From: Nitrospirota bacterium
GTDB taxonomy: Bacteria; JACPQY01
DNA length: 64,000 nucleotides
Assembly (NCBI GenBank): GCA_016180645.1
Contig: JACPAV010000002.1
Location: 62,001-126,000 of the forward strand
Direction of reading: 5' to 3'
Of this stretch, positions 46,329 through 56,389 are shown one piece after another; positions within the stretch are counted from its first letter, which is position 1; each line of letters starts with the position of its first letter. The translations under genes and the position numbers were made by a program. A model generated the notes under the pieces. The model had not been told where the DNA came from, made no database searches, and saw only the letters and a list, made by a program, of their open reading frames with translations.

Positions 46329-48011
46329 ATGCCGGAAGCCAGCGGACAGGTCATTTTCTCGATGCGCGAGGTCGGGAGGGTCTTTCTCAAGAAACCCGTC
46401 CTCAAAGACATCTCGCTCGGCTTCTATTACGGCGCGAAGATCGGCGTCCTCGGCCTGAACGGCTCGGGCAAGAGCACCCTCCTCCGAATCATGGCCGGGG
46501 TGGACACGGAGCACACCGGTGAGGTGGCCCTGTCGAGAGGATACTCCGTCGGCCTCCTCGAACAGGAACCCAAACTGGACAAGTCGAAGTCCGTCCGTGG
46601 GGCCGTCGAAGAAGGCGTCGCCGATACCACCAAGTTGCTCCGCGACTACGAAGCCGTCAGCGCAAAGCTCGGAGAAGACATCTCTCCGGAGGAGATGGAA
46701 AAGCTTCTTGAAAAGCAAGGCGCCCTTCAGGAGAAAATCGATGCCGCCGGCGGATGGGAGCTCGACAGCAAGCTGGACCTTGCCATGGATGCTCTGCGAT
46801 GCCCCCCCCCGGACGTGAACGTGGCTCAACTCTCCGGCGGCGAGCGGCGGCGCGTCGCCCTCTGCCGGCTGCTCCTTCAGGAACCCGACATCCTTCTACT
46901 GGACGAGCCGACGAACCACCTCGATGCCGAATCGGTCCAGTGGCTGGAGCAACATCTCCGACAATACAAGGGCACGGTCGTCGCCGTCACCCATGACCGG
47001 TATTTCCTCGATAACGTCGCCGAATGGATTCTCGAACTGGACCGCGGTGAAGGGATCCCCTGGAAGGGCAACTACTCCTCCTGGCTCGAACAGAAACAAC
47101 GCCGGCTGGCTCTCCAGGAGAGGACGGAGGCTCAACGCCAAAAGACCCTCGAACGAGAACTGGAATGGATTCGCATGGCACCCAGGGCGCGGCACGCCAA
47201 GAGCAAAGCGCGCATCTCAGCTTATGAAAAACTCCTCAGCGAGGAGCAGGAGGGACGGCAGGAAGATCTGGAAATCTACATTCCCGCGGGCCCCCGCCTC
47301 GGAAACCACGTCATAGAAGCCCGGCAGGTGTCAAAGGCCTTCGCGGACCGCGTCCTCCTTGAGAACCTGAGCTTCAAACTTCAGCCCGGAAGCGTGGTCG
47401 GCATCATCGGCGCCAATGGGGCTGGGAAGACGACACTGTTCAAGATGATCGTGGGCAGGGAGAAACCCGATTCCGGCCAGTTCTCACTCGGCGAAACCGT
47501 GAAACTGGGCTACGTGGACCAGGATCGGGACGCGCTGGTGGCCGAGAAAACAGTCTGGGAGGAGATCTCCGGAGGATACGATGCGGTCGAGCTCGGCAAG
47601 CGCACCGTCAACTCGCGGGCCTACGTCGCCCGGTTCAATTTCTCGGGACAGGACCAGCAGAAGCGCGTGGGAGACCTCTCCGGCGGCGAGCGCAATCGCG
47701 TACACATGGCCAAAATGCTCAAGAGCGGGGCGAATGTGCTGCTCCTCGACGAACCGGCGAACGATCTGGACGTAAACACGCTCCGCGCCCTCGAAGACGC
47801 GATCGCCAATTTCGCCGGTTGCGTCCTCGTCATCAGCCACGACCGATGGTTCCTGGACCGAGTGTCCACTCATATTCTGGCCTTCGAAGGCGAAAGCAGC
47901 GTCGTCTTCTTCGACGGAAACTACACCGAGTACATGGAAGATCTCCACAAGCGCCTCGGTCCCGCCGCCGACCGCCCTCACCGCATCAAGTACAAGAAGC
48001 TCACGCGTTGA
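46329..48011 (+). CDS. ettA: Energy-dependent translational throttle ABC-F protein
   Basis: GAKIGVLGLNGSGKSTLL, LSGGERRRVALCRLLL, WKGNYSSWLEQK, a second ABC domain and terminal HRIKYKKL. Confidence 0.96.
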   Translation: MPEASGQVIFSMREVGRVFLKKPVLKDISLGFYYGAKIGVLGLNGSGKSTLLRIMAGVDTEHTGEVALSRGYSVGLLEQEPKLDKSKSVRGAVEEGVADTTKLLRDYEAVSAKLGEDISPEEMEKLLEKQGALQEKIDAAGGWELDSKLDLAMDALRCPPPDVNVAQLSGGERRRVALCRLLLQEPDILLLDEPTNHLDAESVQWLEQHLRQYKGTVVAVTHDRYFLDNVAEWILELDRGEGIPWKGNYSSWLEQKQRRLALQERTEAQRQKTLERELEWIRMAPRARHAKSKARISAYEKLLSEEQEGRQEDLEIYIPAGPRLGNHVIEARQVSKAFADRVLLENLSFKLQPGSVVGIIGANGAGKTTLFKMIVGREKPDSGQFSLGETVKLGYVDQDRDALVAEKTVWEEISGGYDAVELGKRTVNSRAYVARFNFSGQDQQKRVGDLSGGERNRVHMAKMLKSGANVLLLDEPANDLDVNTLRALEDAIANFAGCVLVISHDRWFLDRVSTHILAFEGESSVVFFDGNYTEYMEDLHKRLGPAADRPHRIKYKKLTR

Positions 48012-48036
48012 CGCTCTCCTCCCGAGGGCGTAGCAT
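48008..48036 (+). promoter_or_regulatory. Sigma70-like promoter, leaderless-type spacing
   Basis: TTGACG-N17-TAGCAT, 6 nt before ATG 48043. Confidence 0.65.
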
Positions 48037-48042
48037 TCAGCC

Positions 48043-48933
48043 ATGGGGCCTTCCACCGGCCGTGGGTTGATCGCTGCCTTCACTTCTCTTTTTCTGCTTC
48101 TGGACGCACCCTCGTACGGCATTTCAGAGAACGCGGACGAAAGAAAAGCGCCCGACTCCTCGGAGTCACCGCTTGAGAAGATAGGGGCGGAATACGGAGT
48201 CAAACCGGGGAGAAGGGACCCGCCTCCCCGAAGCTTTCCTGCCGCCCCCAAGGAGAAGGAGCCTGGAACCTCGGGCCAAGGTTCCGATGCAGGAGGCTGG
48301 GTTGAGCTTGTAGGCAAAGTCTTGGAGGAGGTCACCGATTCCAAGGAATCCGAGGAAGAAAGCCATGGTGGCCGGGAAGAACCCTCCTCGAAGAAAGTAT
48401 CATCCTCCGGTGTGTTCAAGTTCAACAAGACCTATCGCCATCCTTGGCGGAGAGACCTGAGGGCCGAGGCCCTTTCTTCCTCAAGGATCTCGGGCGTGGG
48501 TGTCTCCGCCGCAGTCAGAAAGATCGGAGGGTTCGGAATCGAGGCGGAATCGTTCAGCTTGGCAGATCGGGGGCCGGGATCCCAAAGCGAGCTGCTCCTT
48601 CTGGGAGCACATCCGTTCGCTTCCCTATCACCCCACCGGTTCGTCGAGGTCCTGGTCGGCGCCGGGTTCTACAATGGCAGCAAGACGCTGTCGGGAAAAG
48701 ACAGCCGGACCGGGCCGAGCGCCCTATTTCGTCTGATCGCCCTGCCCTACACACCATGGACGTTGGAGGCCGGGCTGGAATCCAGCCGAATCGGCGGGAG
48801 ATTTCTTTATGAACCGAAACTCAATCTGGGCGTGAAGCTCTTTCCCTTCTCTGTAAGCGCCACCTCGCGAAATCTGTTGACCCCTTCCCAGAATATTCAC
48901 CTGCTCGGCGTCACATTCGGCACTTCATTCTGA
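48043..48933 (+). CDS. Hypothetical exported protein, possible small outer-membrane beta-barrel
   Basis: Signal-like N-terminus, low-complexity linker, amphipathic beta strands, terminal Phe. Confidence 0.55.
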   Translation: MGPSTGRGLIAAFTSLFLLLDAPSYGISENADERKAPDSSESPLEKIGAEYGVKPGRRDPPPRSFPAAPKEKEPGTSGQGSDAGGWVELVGKVLEEVTDSKESEEESHGGREEPSSKKVSSSGVFKFNKTYRHPWRRDLRAEALSSSRISGVGVSAAVRKIGGFGIEAESFSLADRGPGSQSELLLLGAHPFASLSPHRFVEVLVGAGFYNGSKTLSGKDSRTGPSALFRLIALPYTPWTLEAGLESSRIGGRFLYEPKLNLGVKLFPFSVSATSRNLLTPSQNIHLLGVTFGTSF

Positions 48934-48945
48934 TTTCCTCTCGGG

Positions 48946-49566
48946 TCACCGGTCTATCGGGCGGGGCTTGGCGTCCCACCATTCGTTGAGCTTGCGGATC
49001 GGATCAAACAGGATCGACAGAGGAAGCTTGACCGGCTGGGGCAGGCCGCTGCGTTCGACCAGTAGACTGGTTTGGTGGAACCCTTCTCCGAGCACCGCGC
49101 CGGCCACACCCGTCACGATCATGTCATTCGCGCTCACTCGGTCGGTGAACTCTCCCACGTACTCCCAAAGGAGACTCCCGCCAAACGAGAAGCCCAACGA
49201 ACCGAGCGGCCCGAAACCATTGGATCGGCCGATCTGGTAGTACAGGACCCCGTCGTAAACGTGTCCCAACGAATTCACGACGAAGGTATTCGTGTCGAAT
49301 TCCCACCCTCCCCTGATCTTTCCCTTCAGGCCATCCCAAGTGGGCGGGTAGACAAACTTGCTTCGGTTGTTCTCGCGTTTCGAATAGTGAATCACCGTAC
49401 CTGTTCCAATGAGGGCCGAGAGCTCGGCAACCGCCCGCCCCGTGCGCCTCCCTCCCTCCCCCACGAGGGGTTCTACCGATATGGGATCGGCCGGCTCGGC
49501 CGACGCTACGGGCGCGGCTTCAAGCGTGAGGGTGAACGATAGGAGGGCTGGAAACCAATGTCTCAC
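48946..49566 (-). CDS. DUF3943-like exported protein
   Basis: WEFDTNTFVVNSLGHVYDG.YY..GRSNG, SLLWEY..E and SANDMIVT..G..LGE. Confidence 0.75.
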   Translation of the reverse strand: MRHWFPALLSFTLTLEAAPVASAEPADPISVEPLVGEGGRRTGRAVAELSALIGTGTVIHYSKRENNRSKFVYPPTWDGLKGKIRGGWEFDTNTFVVNSLGHVYDGVLYYQIGRSNGFGPLGSLGFSFGGSLLWEYVGEFTDRVSANDMIVTGVAGAVLGEGFHQTSLLVERSGLPQPVKLPLSILFDPIRKLNEWWDAKPRPIDR

Positions 49567-50810
49567 TGAGAGGTGGGAATCAATCCGGCGGGCGGGGGTT
49601 CACCCCTTGGAAGCGCCTTCTCAATCGCACGCTCAAGGTCATTCTCACGAACCTGCCCTGGCCACAATCTGAGGATCGTTCCCTTCTCGTCCACAAGATA
49701 GCTCGCGGGAAGACCGATCAGGCCGAGCTTGTCTCCCACCTTGCCTTCCTTGTCGACCACTACGGGATAGCTGATGTCAAACTCCTCGATGAAATTCTCG
49801 ATTTCCTCCATCTCGCTGTCTTCGGCAATCGCCACCACGGAGAACCCTCTCTCCCGGTACTTCTCGTACAACTTCACAAGCTCCGGAGTTTCCAACCGGC
49901 AGGGTCCACACCACGTGGCGAAGAAATTGAACAACGTCAGCCGTCCGGCCAAATCGCTCGCCCGCACCGCTTGGCCCTCCAAGGTGTAAAATGTTTGGGA
50001 CAAGTCAAACTTCTCTTTTCTCACAGCCGCTGTCCCGTCCGCCCCCTCCGGCCCGGCGGCCAGCCCCGGGTTGAACCGCTCCACCACCGAATTCAGGAAT
50101 TCCAGCTTCGAGGAAATCCGTCCGAACTGGTTGGTTACGAGGAGAGCCCCAAAAAGCAGGAGCAAGATTCCCGAGCCGATCTCGACGGCGCGCAGGTACC
50201 CCTTGGCCTTCCTGAAGAATCCCAGGAACCTTCGGAAGAAGACGGCCGACAAGAGCAGAGGAACACCCAATCCGGCGCTGAAAAGAAGGAGCAAGATCAC
50301 CCCCTGGCGAACGGTTTCCTTCTGGGAAGCGAGGGCCAACACTCCGGCAAGTAGGGGGCCGATGCAGGGCGACCACGCGATTCCAAAAAGGCCGCCCGCA
50401 AACAAAATCCAAACGAGCCCCGACCGCTTCCGACCCACTTGAAACTTGCGTTCGGTGAGGAGGAAGGGGATCTTGATCAGGCCGGTCATCTGGAGGCCCA
50501 GCAGGCCCAGCACCCCGCCGGCAACGATCCGGAGGAGATCCTGGTGGCTCCGCAGCGCCTGGCCGACGGCCGTCGCCGAGGCCCCCATGATCGTAAAGAT
50601 GGCGGAGAACCCCACGACAAATACCGCGACCCTGAAGACCAGATTCGCAAGGGCGCGACGATCCTCGCCTCCCTCTGAATGGATCTCCAGCACCGACATG
50701 CCCGCGATGAATGAAAGAAAGCCCGGCAAGATCGGGAGGAAACATGGGGAGACAAACGACAGAAAGCCCATGAGAACTGCCGAGCCCGCGTCGACCATAC
50801 TGACACCCAT
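49563..50810 (-). CDS. CcdA/DsbD transmembrane domain fused to a TlpA-like thioredoxin
   Basis: LSFVSPCFLPILP and WSPCIGPLL; C-terminal NFFATWCGPCRLETP. Confidence 0.9.
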   Translation of the reverse strand: MGVSMVDAGSAVLMGFLSFVSPCFLPILPGFLSFIAGMSVLEIHSEGGEDRRALANLVFRVAVFVVGFSAIFTIMGASATAVGQALRSHQDLLRIVAGGVLGLLGLQMTGLIKIPFLLTERKFQVGRKRSGLVWILFAGGLFGIAWSPCIGPLLAGVLALASQKETVRQGVILLLLFSAGLGVPLLLSAVFFRRFLGFFRKAKGYLRAVEIGSGILLLLFGALLVTNQFGRISSKLEFLNSVVERFNPGLAAGPEGADGTAAVRKEKFDLSQTFYTLEGQAVRASDLAGRLTLFNFFATWCGPCRLETPELVKLYEKYRERGFSVVAIAEDSEMEEIENFIEEFDISYPVVVDKEGKVGDKLGLIGLPASYLVDEKGTILRLWPGQVRENDLERAIEKALPRGEPPPAGLIPTSQ

Positions 50811-50910
50811 CAGAGAATGGTATCAAATCGGCTCTGCTGAGCCAAAAGCCGCCTCAAAATGGAGCGGGGCCACCCGGCCCCGCTCGACCTGCTATCTCGA
50901 TGGCTGTTCC

Positions 50911-51894
50911 CTACTGCTGCGCCTTCAGGCTCTTGAACTTCTCCGTCAGCTCCGGAATCACCTTGAAGGCATCTCCGACGATGCCGTAGTCGGCCACCTC
51001 GAAGATCGGCGCATCGCCGTCCCGATTGACCGCCACGATGACCTTCGAGTCCTTCATTCCGGCCACATGCTGGATCGCTCCGGAAATGCCGAACGCGATG
51101 TAAAGCGTTGGAGCCACGGTCTTGCCCGTCTGGCCGACCTGCCAATCGTTCGGCACCCAGCCTGCATCCACCACTGCGCGCGTCGCACCTATCGCGGCGC
51201 CGAGGACGTCGGCCAACGGTTCCATCAGCTTCTTGAAATCTTCCGGAGTCTTGAGCCCCCGTCCGCCGGAGACCACGACACCGGCATCCACGAGTTCGGG
51301 GCGCTCACTCTTGATCGCCTGGAACTCTTTGAACGATGCCCCGTTCGACGCGGGGGAACCCGGATCCGACTTCTCCACGGGGGCCTTCGATCCGGCTTTT
51401 CCCGGCGCGGCAAAGGCTGTGGTTCGAACCGTCAGGAGGACGGGTTGACCCTCGAGCTGAACGGTAGCGATCACATTTCCAGCGTACATCGGTCGCTTGA
51501 ACACCTTCCCCGACTGGCCGGACACCACTTCCATCACTTCCGTAGCCAGAGGGGCCTTTAGCTTCGTCGCCACTCGCGGCAGGCAATCCTTCCCAAACGA
51601 ATCGGCCGGCGCGATCAGCGCCTTAGCGCCGGTCTTCTTGACCAGTTCGCCCAGCGCCGAGGCATACGCCTCTCCAAGATAGTCCTTCAATGAGGGGCCA
51701 TCTACAGCCACAACCTTGGAGGGTCCGAACCCGGCCAGCTCATCCGCGGCACCCGAGATATTCGAGCCCATGACCACGCCCACCGCCGGCACGCCCAGTT
51801 CCTTGGCCAGGATCTGAGCGGCCCCCAACGCAGAGAGCGTCGATTTCTTCAGTTTTCCATCCTGCTGACCTACAACGGCTAGTACGCACGACAT
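50911..51894 (-). CDS. etfA: Electron transfer flavoprotein subunit alpha
   Basis: [25 protein letters not shown] and [12 protein letters not shown]; true start ATG 51894. Confidence 0.96.
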   Translation of the reverse strand: MSCVLAVVGQQDGKLKKSTLSALGAAQILAKELGVPAVGVVMGSNISGAADELAGFGPSKVVAVDGPSLKDYLGEAYASALGELVKKTGAKALIAPADSFGKDCLPRVATKLKAPLATEVMEVVSGQSGKVFKRPMYAGNVIATVQLEGQPVLLTVRTTAFAAPGKAGSKAPVEKSDPGSPASNGASFKEFQAIKSERPELVDAGVVVSGGRGLKTPEDFKKLMEPLADVLGAAIGATRAVVDAGWVPNDWQVGQTGKTVAPTLYIAFGISGAIQHVAGMKDSKVIVAVNRDGDAPIFEVADYGIVGDAFKVIPELTEKFKSLKAQQ

Positions 51895-51896
51895 GG

Positions 51897-52652
51897 TTAA
51901 ATCACCCTCGCTTCGTTCTTGAGTTTGTCGATGAGCTGATCCACCGATTCCAGCTTCACGCCCCCCTTCCGTTTCGGAGGGGCTTCCATCTTGAGGACCT
52001 TGACTTTCGGGGCGAGGGAAATCCCCAACCCTGAAATGTTCAACTCCTGGATCGGCTTGCTGCGCGCCTTCATGATACCGGGAAGCGAAGCGTACCTCGG
52101 CTGATTCAGTCGCAGGTCCGCGGTGATCACGGCCGGGAGCTGGATCACCTTGACCTCCAAGCCGCCATCCACCTCGCGCGTGACCGTGGCCGACTTCGCA
52201 TCCGCCGCGACCTCGACCTTTGACGCGAAACACGCCTGAGGATAGCCAAGGTACTCGGCCAGCGATTGCGCCACCTGATTGGAGTCGTCGTCAATCGCCT
52301 GCTTGCCCATGACGATCAGGTCCGGCTTCTCATTCTGAACGACCTTCTGGAGGATCTGGGCCACACTATCCGGATCGAGAGGCGATTCCTCCACCACCAG
52401 GATGCCGCGGTCGGCCCCCATGGCGAGCCCCGTGCGGATCTGCTCCGTGGAGACCTTCGGGCCGACGCTGACGAGAACGATTTCCGAACCCGACACCTTT
52501 TCCTTGATCCGGATGGATTCCTCGATGGCGATCTCGTCGAATGGATTGATGACGAACTTGACGTTCTCCGTGACGATCCCCGAACCGTCCGGCTTGACCT
52601 TGATCTTGGTTTCGGGGTCCGGGACCCGCTTCACCGTTGTGAGTATCTTCAC
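51897..52652 (-). CDS. etfB: Electron transfer flavoprotein subunit beta
   Basis: VKRVPD, INPFDEIA, GKQAIDDD, REVDGG and NQPRYASL. Confidence 0.96.
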   Translation of the reverse strand: MKILTTVKRVPDPETKIKVKPDGSGIVTENVKFVINPFDEIAIEESIRIKEKVSGSEIVLVSVGPKVSTEQIRTGLAMGADRGILVVEESPLDPDSVAQILQKVVQNEKPDLIVMGKQAIDDDSNQVAQSLAEYLGYPQACFASKVEVAADAKSATVTREVDGGLEVKVIQLPAVITADLRLNQPRYASLPGIMKARSKPIQELNISGLGISLAPKVKVLKMEAPPKRKGGVKLESVDQLIDKLKNEARVI

Positions 52653-53007
52653 ATTGCACCTACCCTTTCAGCATACTCGCCGCCTGGTACGAACCGGCTT
52701 CCACCGCTCTACGAGACCCCCCTCATCGAGCGTGCGGTTTCGTCCCGGCGCGATGCCGTTGCCACCTTGCTCGCAGGCCCTGCCCGCCTGCTCTTCTTTC
52801 GTGGCACCATGACGCATTCCCTTGGTGCATTCCCTTGGTGCCGGGCCGACTTTTACCAAAACCCCCGGCAGCTTGCAAGGGCGGGTCTCGGTCGGTCCCG
52901 AGTTGGAGCTTGAACTTTTTTTCACACCTCCCTAGACTCCATCGGAGGATGGGCTGTTCAAGAACCTTGGGACACAAGATCCTCCCCCACGCTGCGGGGC
53001 ATGCCCG

Positions 53008-53619
53008 ATGAAGCTCCTCGCCATCGGAGCACACCCGGACGACATCGAGTTCGGCTGCGCCGGCGCCCTCATCAAGTTCCGGAAGCAGCAGGAGGCCGAA
53101 GTCTACCTCATGATCATGACGGCCGGAGAGAAGGGCGGCAACGCGGATATCCGCAAGAAGGAGCAGATGGAAGCCGCCCGCATCATCGGCGCGAAAGAAG
53201 TCTTCTGGGGTGATTTTCACGACACGGAGGTCACGAACAGCCGCGAGGCCATCGGCACGATCGAGAACGTCATCCGGGAGGTGAAACCCGATTGGGTCTT
53301 CACCAACCATCCGAACGATACGCATCAAGATCACCGAAACCTGGCGCTCAACATGGTGACCGCCACCCGCTTTATTCCGCGCGTGCTGTTCTTTGAAAGT
53401 ATGACGAGCGTGGAATTCAGTCCGACGGTGTTCGTGGACCTCGAATCCACCATCGAAGAGAAGCTCAAAGCGCTGGGCGCCCATCGCTCGCAGGTGGAGC
53501 GGACGAATATCGCCGGACTCTCCGCCATCGAGATCTCCCGTTCGACCGCCGTGTCGAGAGGCATCCAAGGCCGCAGCCGATTCGCGGAAGGCTTCGTTCC
53601 GCTCCGGTATGTTCTCTAG
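53008..53619 (+). CDS. PIG-L/LmbE-family N-acetylglucosaminyl deacetylase
   Basis: IGAHPDDIEFG, DTHQDH and HRSQ. Confidence 0.92.
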   Translation: MKLLAIGAHPDDIEFGCAGALIKFRKQQEAEVYLMIMTAGEKGGNADIRKKEQMEAARIIGAKEVFWGDFHDTEVTNSREAIGTIENVIREVKPDWVFTNHPNDTHQDHRNLALNMVTATRFIPRVLFFESMTSVEFSPTVFVDLESTIEEKLKALGAHRSQVERTNIAGLSAIEISRSTAVSRGIQGRSRFAEGFVPLRYVL

Positions 53620-53640
53620 CCCTCACACCGCCGCCTCATC

Positions 53641-54858
53641 GTGACGCGACTGACCGGCCGGATCTCCGTCCTCATCCAACCCGCGATGATCGTTGTGATG
53701 GGGATGCTCCTGCCCTATTGGCTGAGAGAGCTTACGGATCCCTCGGGCTGGCAGCGGGCGACCATCATTTTCGCCTTTGCCTTCGCCTGCACGGTGCTTC
53801 TGGTCCCCATGGTGAAACTCGTCGCCGACCGCCTCCATGTGGTCGACGAGCCAGACGAACGCAAAGTCCACACCGTCTCCACTCCGCTTTGGGGCGGCTT
53901 CGCCATCTATGTCGCCATGATCGCCGCCATCTATCTCGTGGGGATCTACTACCCCCGCATCCGATGGCTCATCATGGCCCTCACCCTCCTCACGTTCACA
54001 GGCATGCTGGATGACTACCGGGGCGTTTCCGCGCTGACTCGGCTGATCGTGCAAGGCCTGGCGACCGCTCTGGTGATCCACGGTGATGTGGTCCTCACCT
54101 TCCTTCCCAACACGTGGTGGGGAGTGAGCTTGGAATATGCCTTGACAGCCCTGTGGATCATCGGGCTTACCAACGCGTTTAATTTCCTCGACGGGTACGA
54201 CGGGCTAGCCGCCGGCCTGACGCTCGTAGCCGCCTTCGCCATGGGAGCCATCGGGCTGAAAGTCGGGTCTCTCGGCTACGCGCAGATTGCCTTCGCTCTC
54301 GCCGGAGGCTGTCTCGGATTCCTGCTGTTCAACTTCAAAATGCGCAGCCGGGCCGAGATTTTCCTGGGCGATGGAGGCAGCACGCTTCTCGGCTTCTCCA
54401 TCGCCTCCCTGGCCGTGATGGGGTCCTGGGCTGAGGATCAGTGGGTCTCGCTCAGCATTCCGCTGATCATTCTTTTTGCCCCGATCTACGACATGTTTCT
54501 CATTACGGTCGGGCGGATCTATTCCGGGAAGGTCCATTCGTTCAGGGAGTGGATCGAGTACACCGGAAAAGATCACTTCCACCACCGAGTCGTCAACCTT
54601 CTTGGAAATGCGCGCCGGGGCGTCACCGCCATCTGGCTCCTGACCGCACTGGTCGGCATCGACGGCTACATTCTGATTGATTCGCCGCTCTCGGACGCCT
54701 TGTTGATCGTGGGCAAGTATGTTATGGTCTTCGCCGTTCTGACGTGGGTTTTCATCCTGCGTGAGAGACATGAGAAGGCGGTTGCTGCCCTAGGCGAAAA
54801 GCAGACCCCATCCGTACGATTGATTGCGGGAAGGGGTGTGCGGAAGGAGGCCAAATGA
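53641..54858 (+). CDS. MraY/WecA/TagO-family polyprenyl-phosphate GlcNAc-1-P transferase
   Basis: RKVH..TPLWGG, GMLDD, NAFNFLDGYDGLA, IFLGDGGS and HFHHR. Confidence 0.92.
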   Translation: MTRLTGRISVLIQPAMIVVMGMLLPYWLRELTDPSGWQRATIIFAFAFACTVLLVPMVKLVADRLHVVDEPDERKVHTVSTPLWGGFAIYVAMIAAIYLVGIYYPRIRWLIMALTLLTFTGMLDDYRGVSALTRLIVQGLATALVIHGDVVLTFLPNTWWGVSLEYALTALWIIGLTNAFNFLDGYDGLAAGLTLVAAFAMGAIGLKVGSLGYAQIAFALAGGCLGFLLFNFKMRSRAEIFLGDGGSTLLGFSIASLAVMGSWAEDQWVSLSIPLIILFAPIYDMFLITVGRIYSGKVHSFREWIEYTGKDHFHHRVVNLLGNARRGVTAIWLLTALVGIDGYILIDSPLSDALLIVGKYVMVFAVLTWVFILRERHEKAVAALGEKQTPSVRLIAGRGVRKEAK

Positions 54859-55280
54859 AAAATATTGGAAAGTTCTTGTTGACTGTGGGAGCGATATTGA
54901 CTCCCGCGATCGCAAACGCAGCGGACAAGAAGGGCAACGTCGAAGAAGGAAAGAAACTCTACGCGCAATTCTGCTCAAATTGTCATGGCGCGATGGGGAA
55001 AGGCGACGGGCCGGCGGCTGCGGTCCTCAATCCCAAGCCGGCCGATCACAGCGATGCAGCTAAGATGTGCGAGATCACCGATGATATTCTCTTCAAGGTG
55101 ATCAAGGATGGAGGCGCTTCCATAGGCAAGTCCCCCGTAATGCCCGCCTGGGGCCCCCAACTCAAGGACGATCAGAAAGTTCAGGACCTCGTCGCATTCG
55201 TCCGGAGCCTTAATGTGAAAGGCTGCAAGGGCAAGGCCGGCGGGGGCGACAAGAAGAAAGAGCCCGAGAAGAAGAAATAG
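54855..55280 (+). CDS. Mono-heme class I cytochrome c
   Basis: Signal peptide, CSNCHG, GKGDGP and MPAW. Confidence 0.92.
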   Translation: MKNIGKFLLTVGAILTPAIANAADKKGNVEEGKKLYAQFCSNCHGAMGKGDGPAAAVLNPKPADHSDAAKMCEITDDILFKVIKDGGASIGKSPVMPAWGPQLKDDQKVQDLVAFVRSLNVKGCKGKAGGGDKKKEPEKKK

Positions 55281-55311
55281 TCCTCCCCCCGTTCACCGCG
55301 AAAGTCCGCTC

Positions 55312-55509
55312 TTGCCGCAGTACGCCGTAATCGTACATGGGGGCTGCGGCTCAATTCCCCCGGAAGAAAAGGCCCGCCGACAGCCCGTCCTGGAATCGGC
55401 CGCCGAGGCGGCCGGGCGGGTTCTGCAGCGAGGCCGGTCCTCAACTGAAGCCGTTCTCCGCGCCGTTTCGATCCTCGAAGATCATCCCTTGTCCAATGCG
55501 GCGCGGTCT
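55312..55509 (+). pseudogene. N-terminal remnant of an isoaspartyl peptidase/L-asparaginase (IaaA-like)
   Basis: AVIVHGGCG...AGRVLQRGRSSTEAVLRAVSILEDHPLSNAARS matches the HGGAG ... LEDDPxFNAG start of the family; similarity stops after ~66 codons, just before the tRNA. Confidence 0.7.
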
Positions 55510-55582
55510 TTCGGTCCCGGCGCCCTGTATGGATGTGGCAGTCGGGAGAGGGTAAGATCGAACCGCTCTCGTGAAGGTTGCT

Positions 55583-55654
55583 CCGGGAGTAGCGCAGCGG
55601 TAGCGCACCTGCTTTGGGAGCAGGGGGTCCCGGGTTCAAATCCCGGCTCCCGGA
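55583..55654 (+). tRNA. tRNA-Pro (anticodon TGG), CCA not encoded
   Basis: Acceptor CCGGGAG/CTCCCGG, D arm GCGC/GCGC, anticodon arm CCTGC-TTTGGGA-GCAGG, T arm CCGGG-TTCAAAT-CCCGG, discriminator A. Confidence 0.96.
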
Positions 55655-55749
55655 CATGCGAGTCTTCGAGCAGGTCAGGGAGATCCGAATCGGAGCACAG
55701 GACGTGCGACTACACTGGGATTGCACGGAGCGTCAGGATGACGACCGTG

Positions 55750-55766
55750 AAATCCCGGCTCCAGGA
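55750..55766 (+). repeat. Direct repeat of the tRNA-Pro 3' end
   Basis: AAATCCCGGCTCCAGGA versus tRNA 55638-55654 AAATCCCGGCTCCCGGA (16/17). Confidence 0.55.
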
Positions 55767-55849
55767 TGGAGCCGTACTTGCCCTTCAACGGCGACCATGG
55801 ATGGTCGACGAGCCATGGCAAGTGCGGCTCCCGGACTGCGACGAAAAGG

Positions 55850-56332
55850 CTACTTCTTCGCCCACTGACCGGGGAGCGATTCGCGGGCGGCCAGCACCAT
55901 CCACTTCCCGTCTTTCTTGGCCACAATCGACGAAACAATCAATCTCTGGGGAACGAGTGGCTTTCCATCGAGTGAAAACATTCCGGCCACGGTCGCGTCG
56001 CCATCAACCAAGGCCAGATCCGGCTTCAAGAAGCGTATATTCGGAACGACCATGATCATCCGCGTGTCTTTGAGGACGGTCGCCTGTTCATCGGCAAAGA
56101 GGGTCTCCAGAGCATTTCGCCCCTTGGCCGTGCGTCCCTGAAAATTCGTGATGTCGCCGTCTTCACTCCAAATGGCAGTCATGTTTTTCGGGATGCGCAT
56201 GTTGAACGCCACCGTATAGTCCGACCACGCCTTGCGGATGGCATCCTCATCCGCCTTCCGGCCTCCCTTCTCCTCAGCCAGGGCGATTGAGGCCATCCCG
56301 AGAATACACGCCAGCAAAACAATCTTCTTCAT
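55850..56332 (-). CDS. Exported NTF2-like protein (SgcJ/EcaC/DUF4440 type)
   Basis: Signal peptide; DEDAIRK, GRTAKGR, IRFLKPDLALVDG and KKDGKW; AAAGGAGG RBS. Confidence 0.85.
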   Translation of the reverse strand: MKKIVLLACILGMASIALAEEKGGRKADEDAIRKAWSDYTVAFNMRIPKNMTAIWSEDGDITNFQGRTAKGRNALETLFADEQATVLKDTRMIMVVPNIRFLKPDLALVDGDATVAGMFSLDGKPLVPQRLIVSSIVAKKDGKWMVLAARESLPGQWAKK

Positions 56333-56389
56333 GCAATTCCTCCTTTGGTGGATTTCTTAGACGGAGTCGCGGTGATTTTCAAGCACCGT

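Noticed and set aside
51895-52233. N-terminal extension of the etfA ORF
   Set aside because: Overlaps etfB in another frame; EtfA homology starts at ATG 51894.
52814-52839. 13-bp tandem duplication GCATTCCCTTGGT in the etfB-deacetylase intergenic region, possible riboswitch or operator
   Set aside because: Only two copies and no recognisable RNA family structure; no function can be supported.
55312-56055. 247-aa ORF as an intact gene
   Set aside because: It runs through the tRNA and antisense into the NTF2-like gene; only the first ~66 codons look protein-like.
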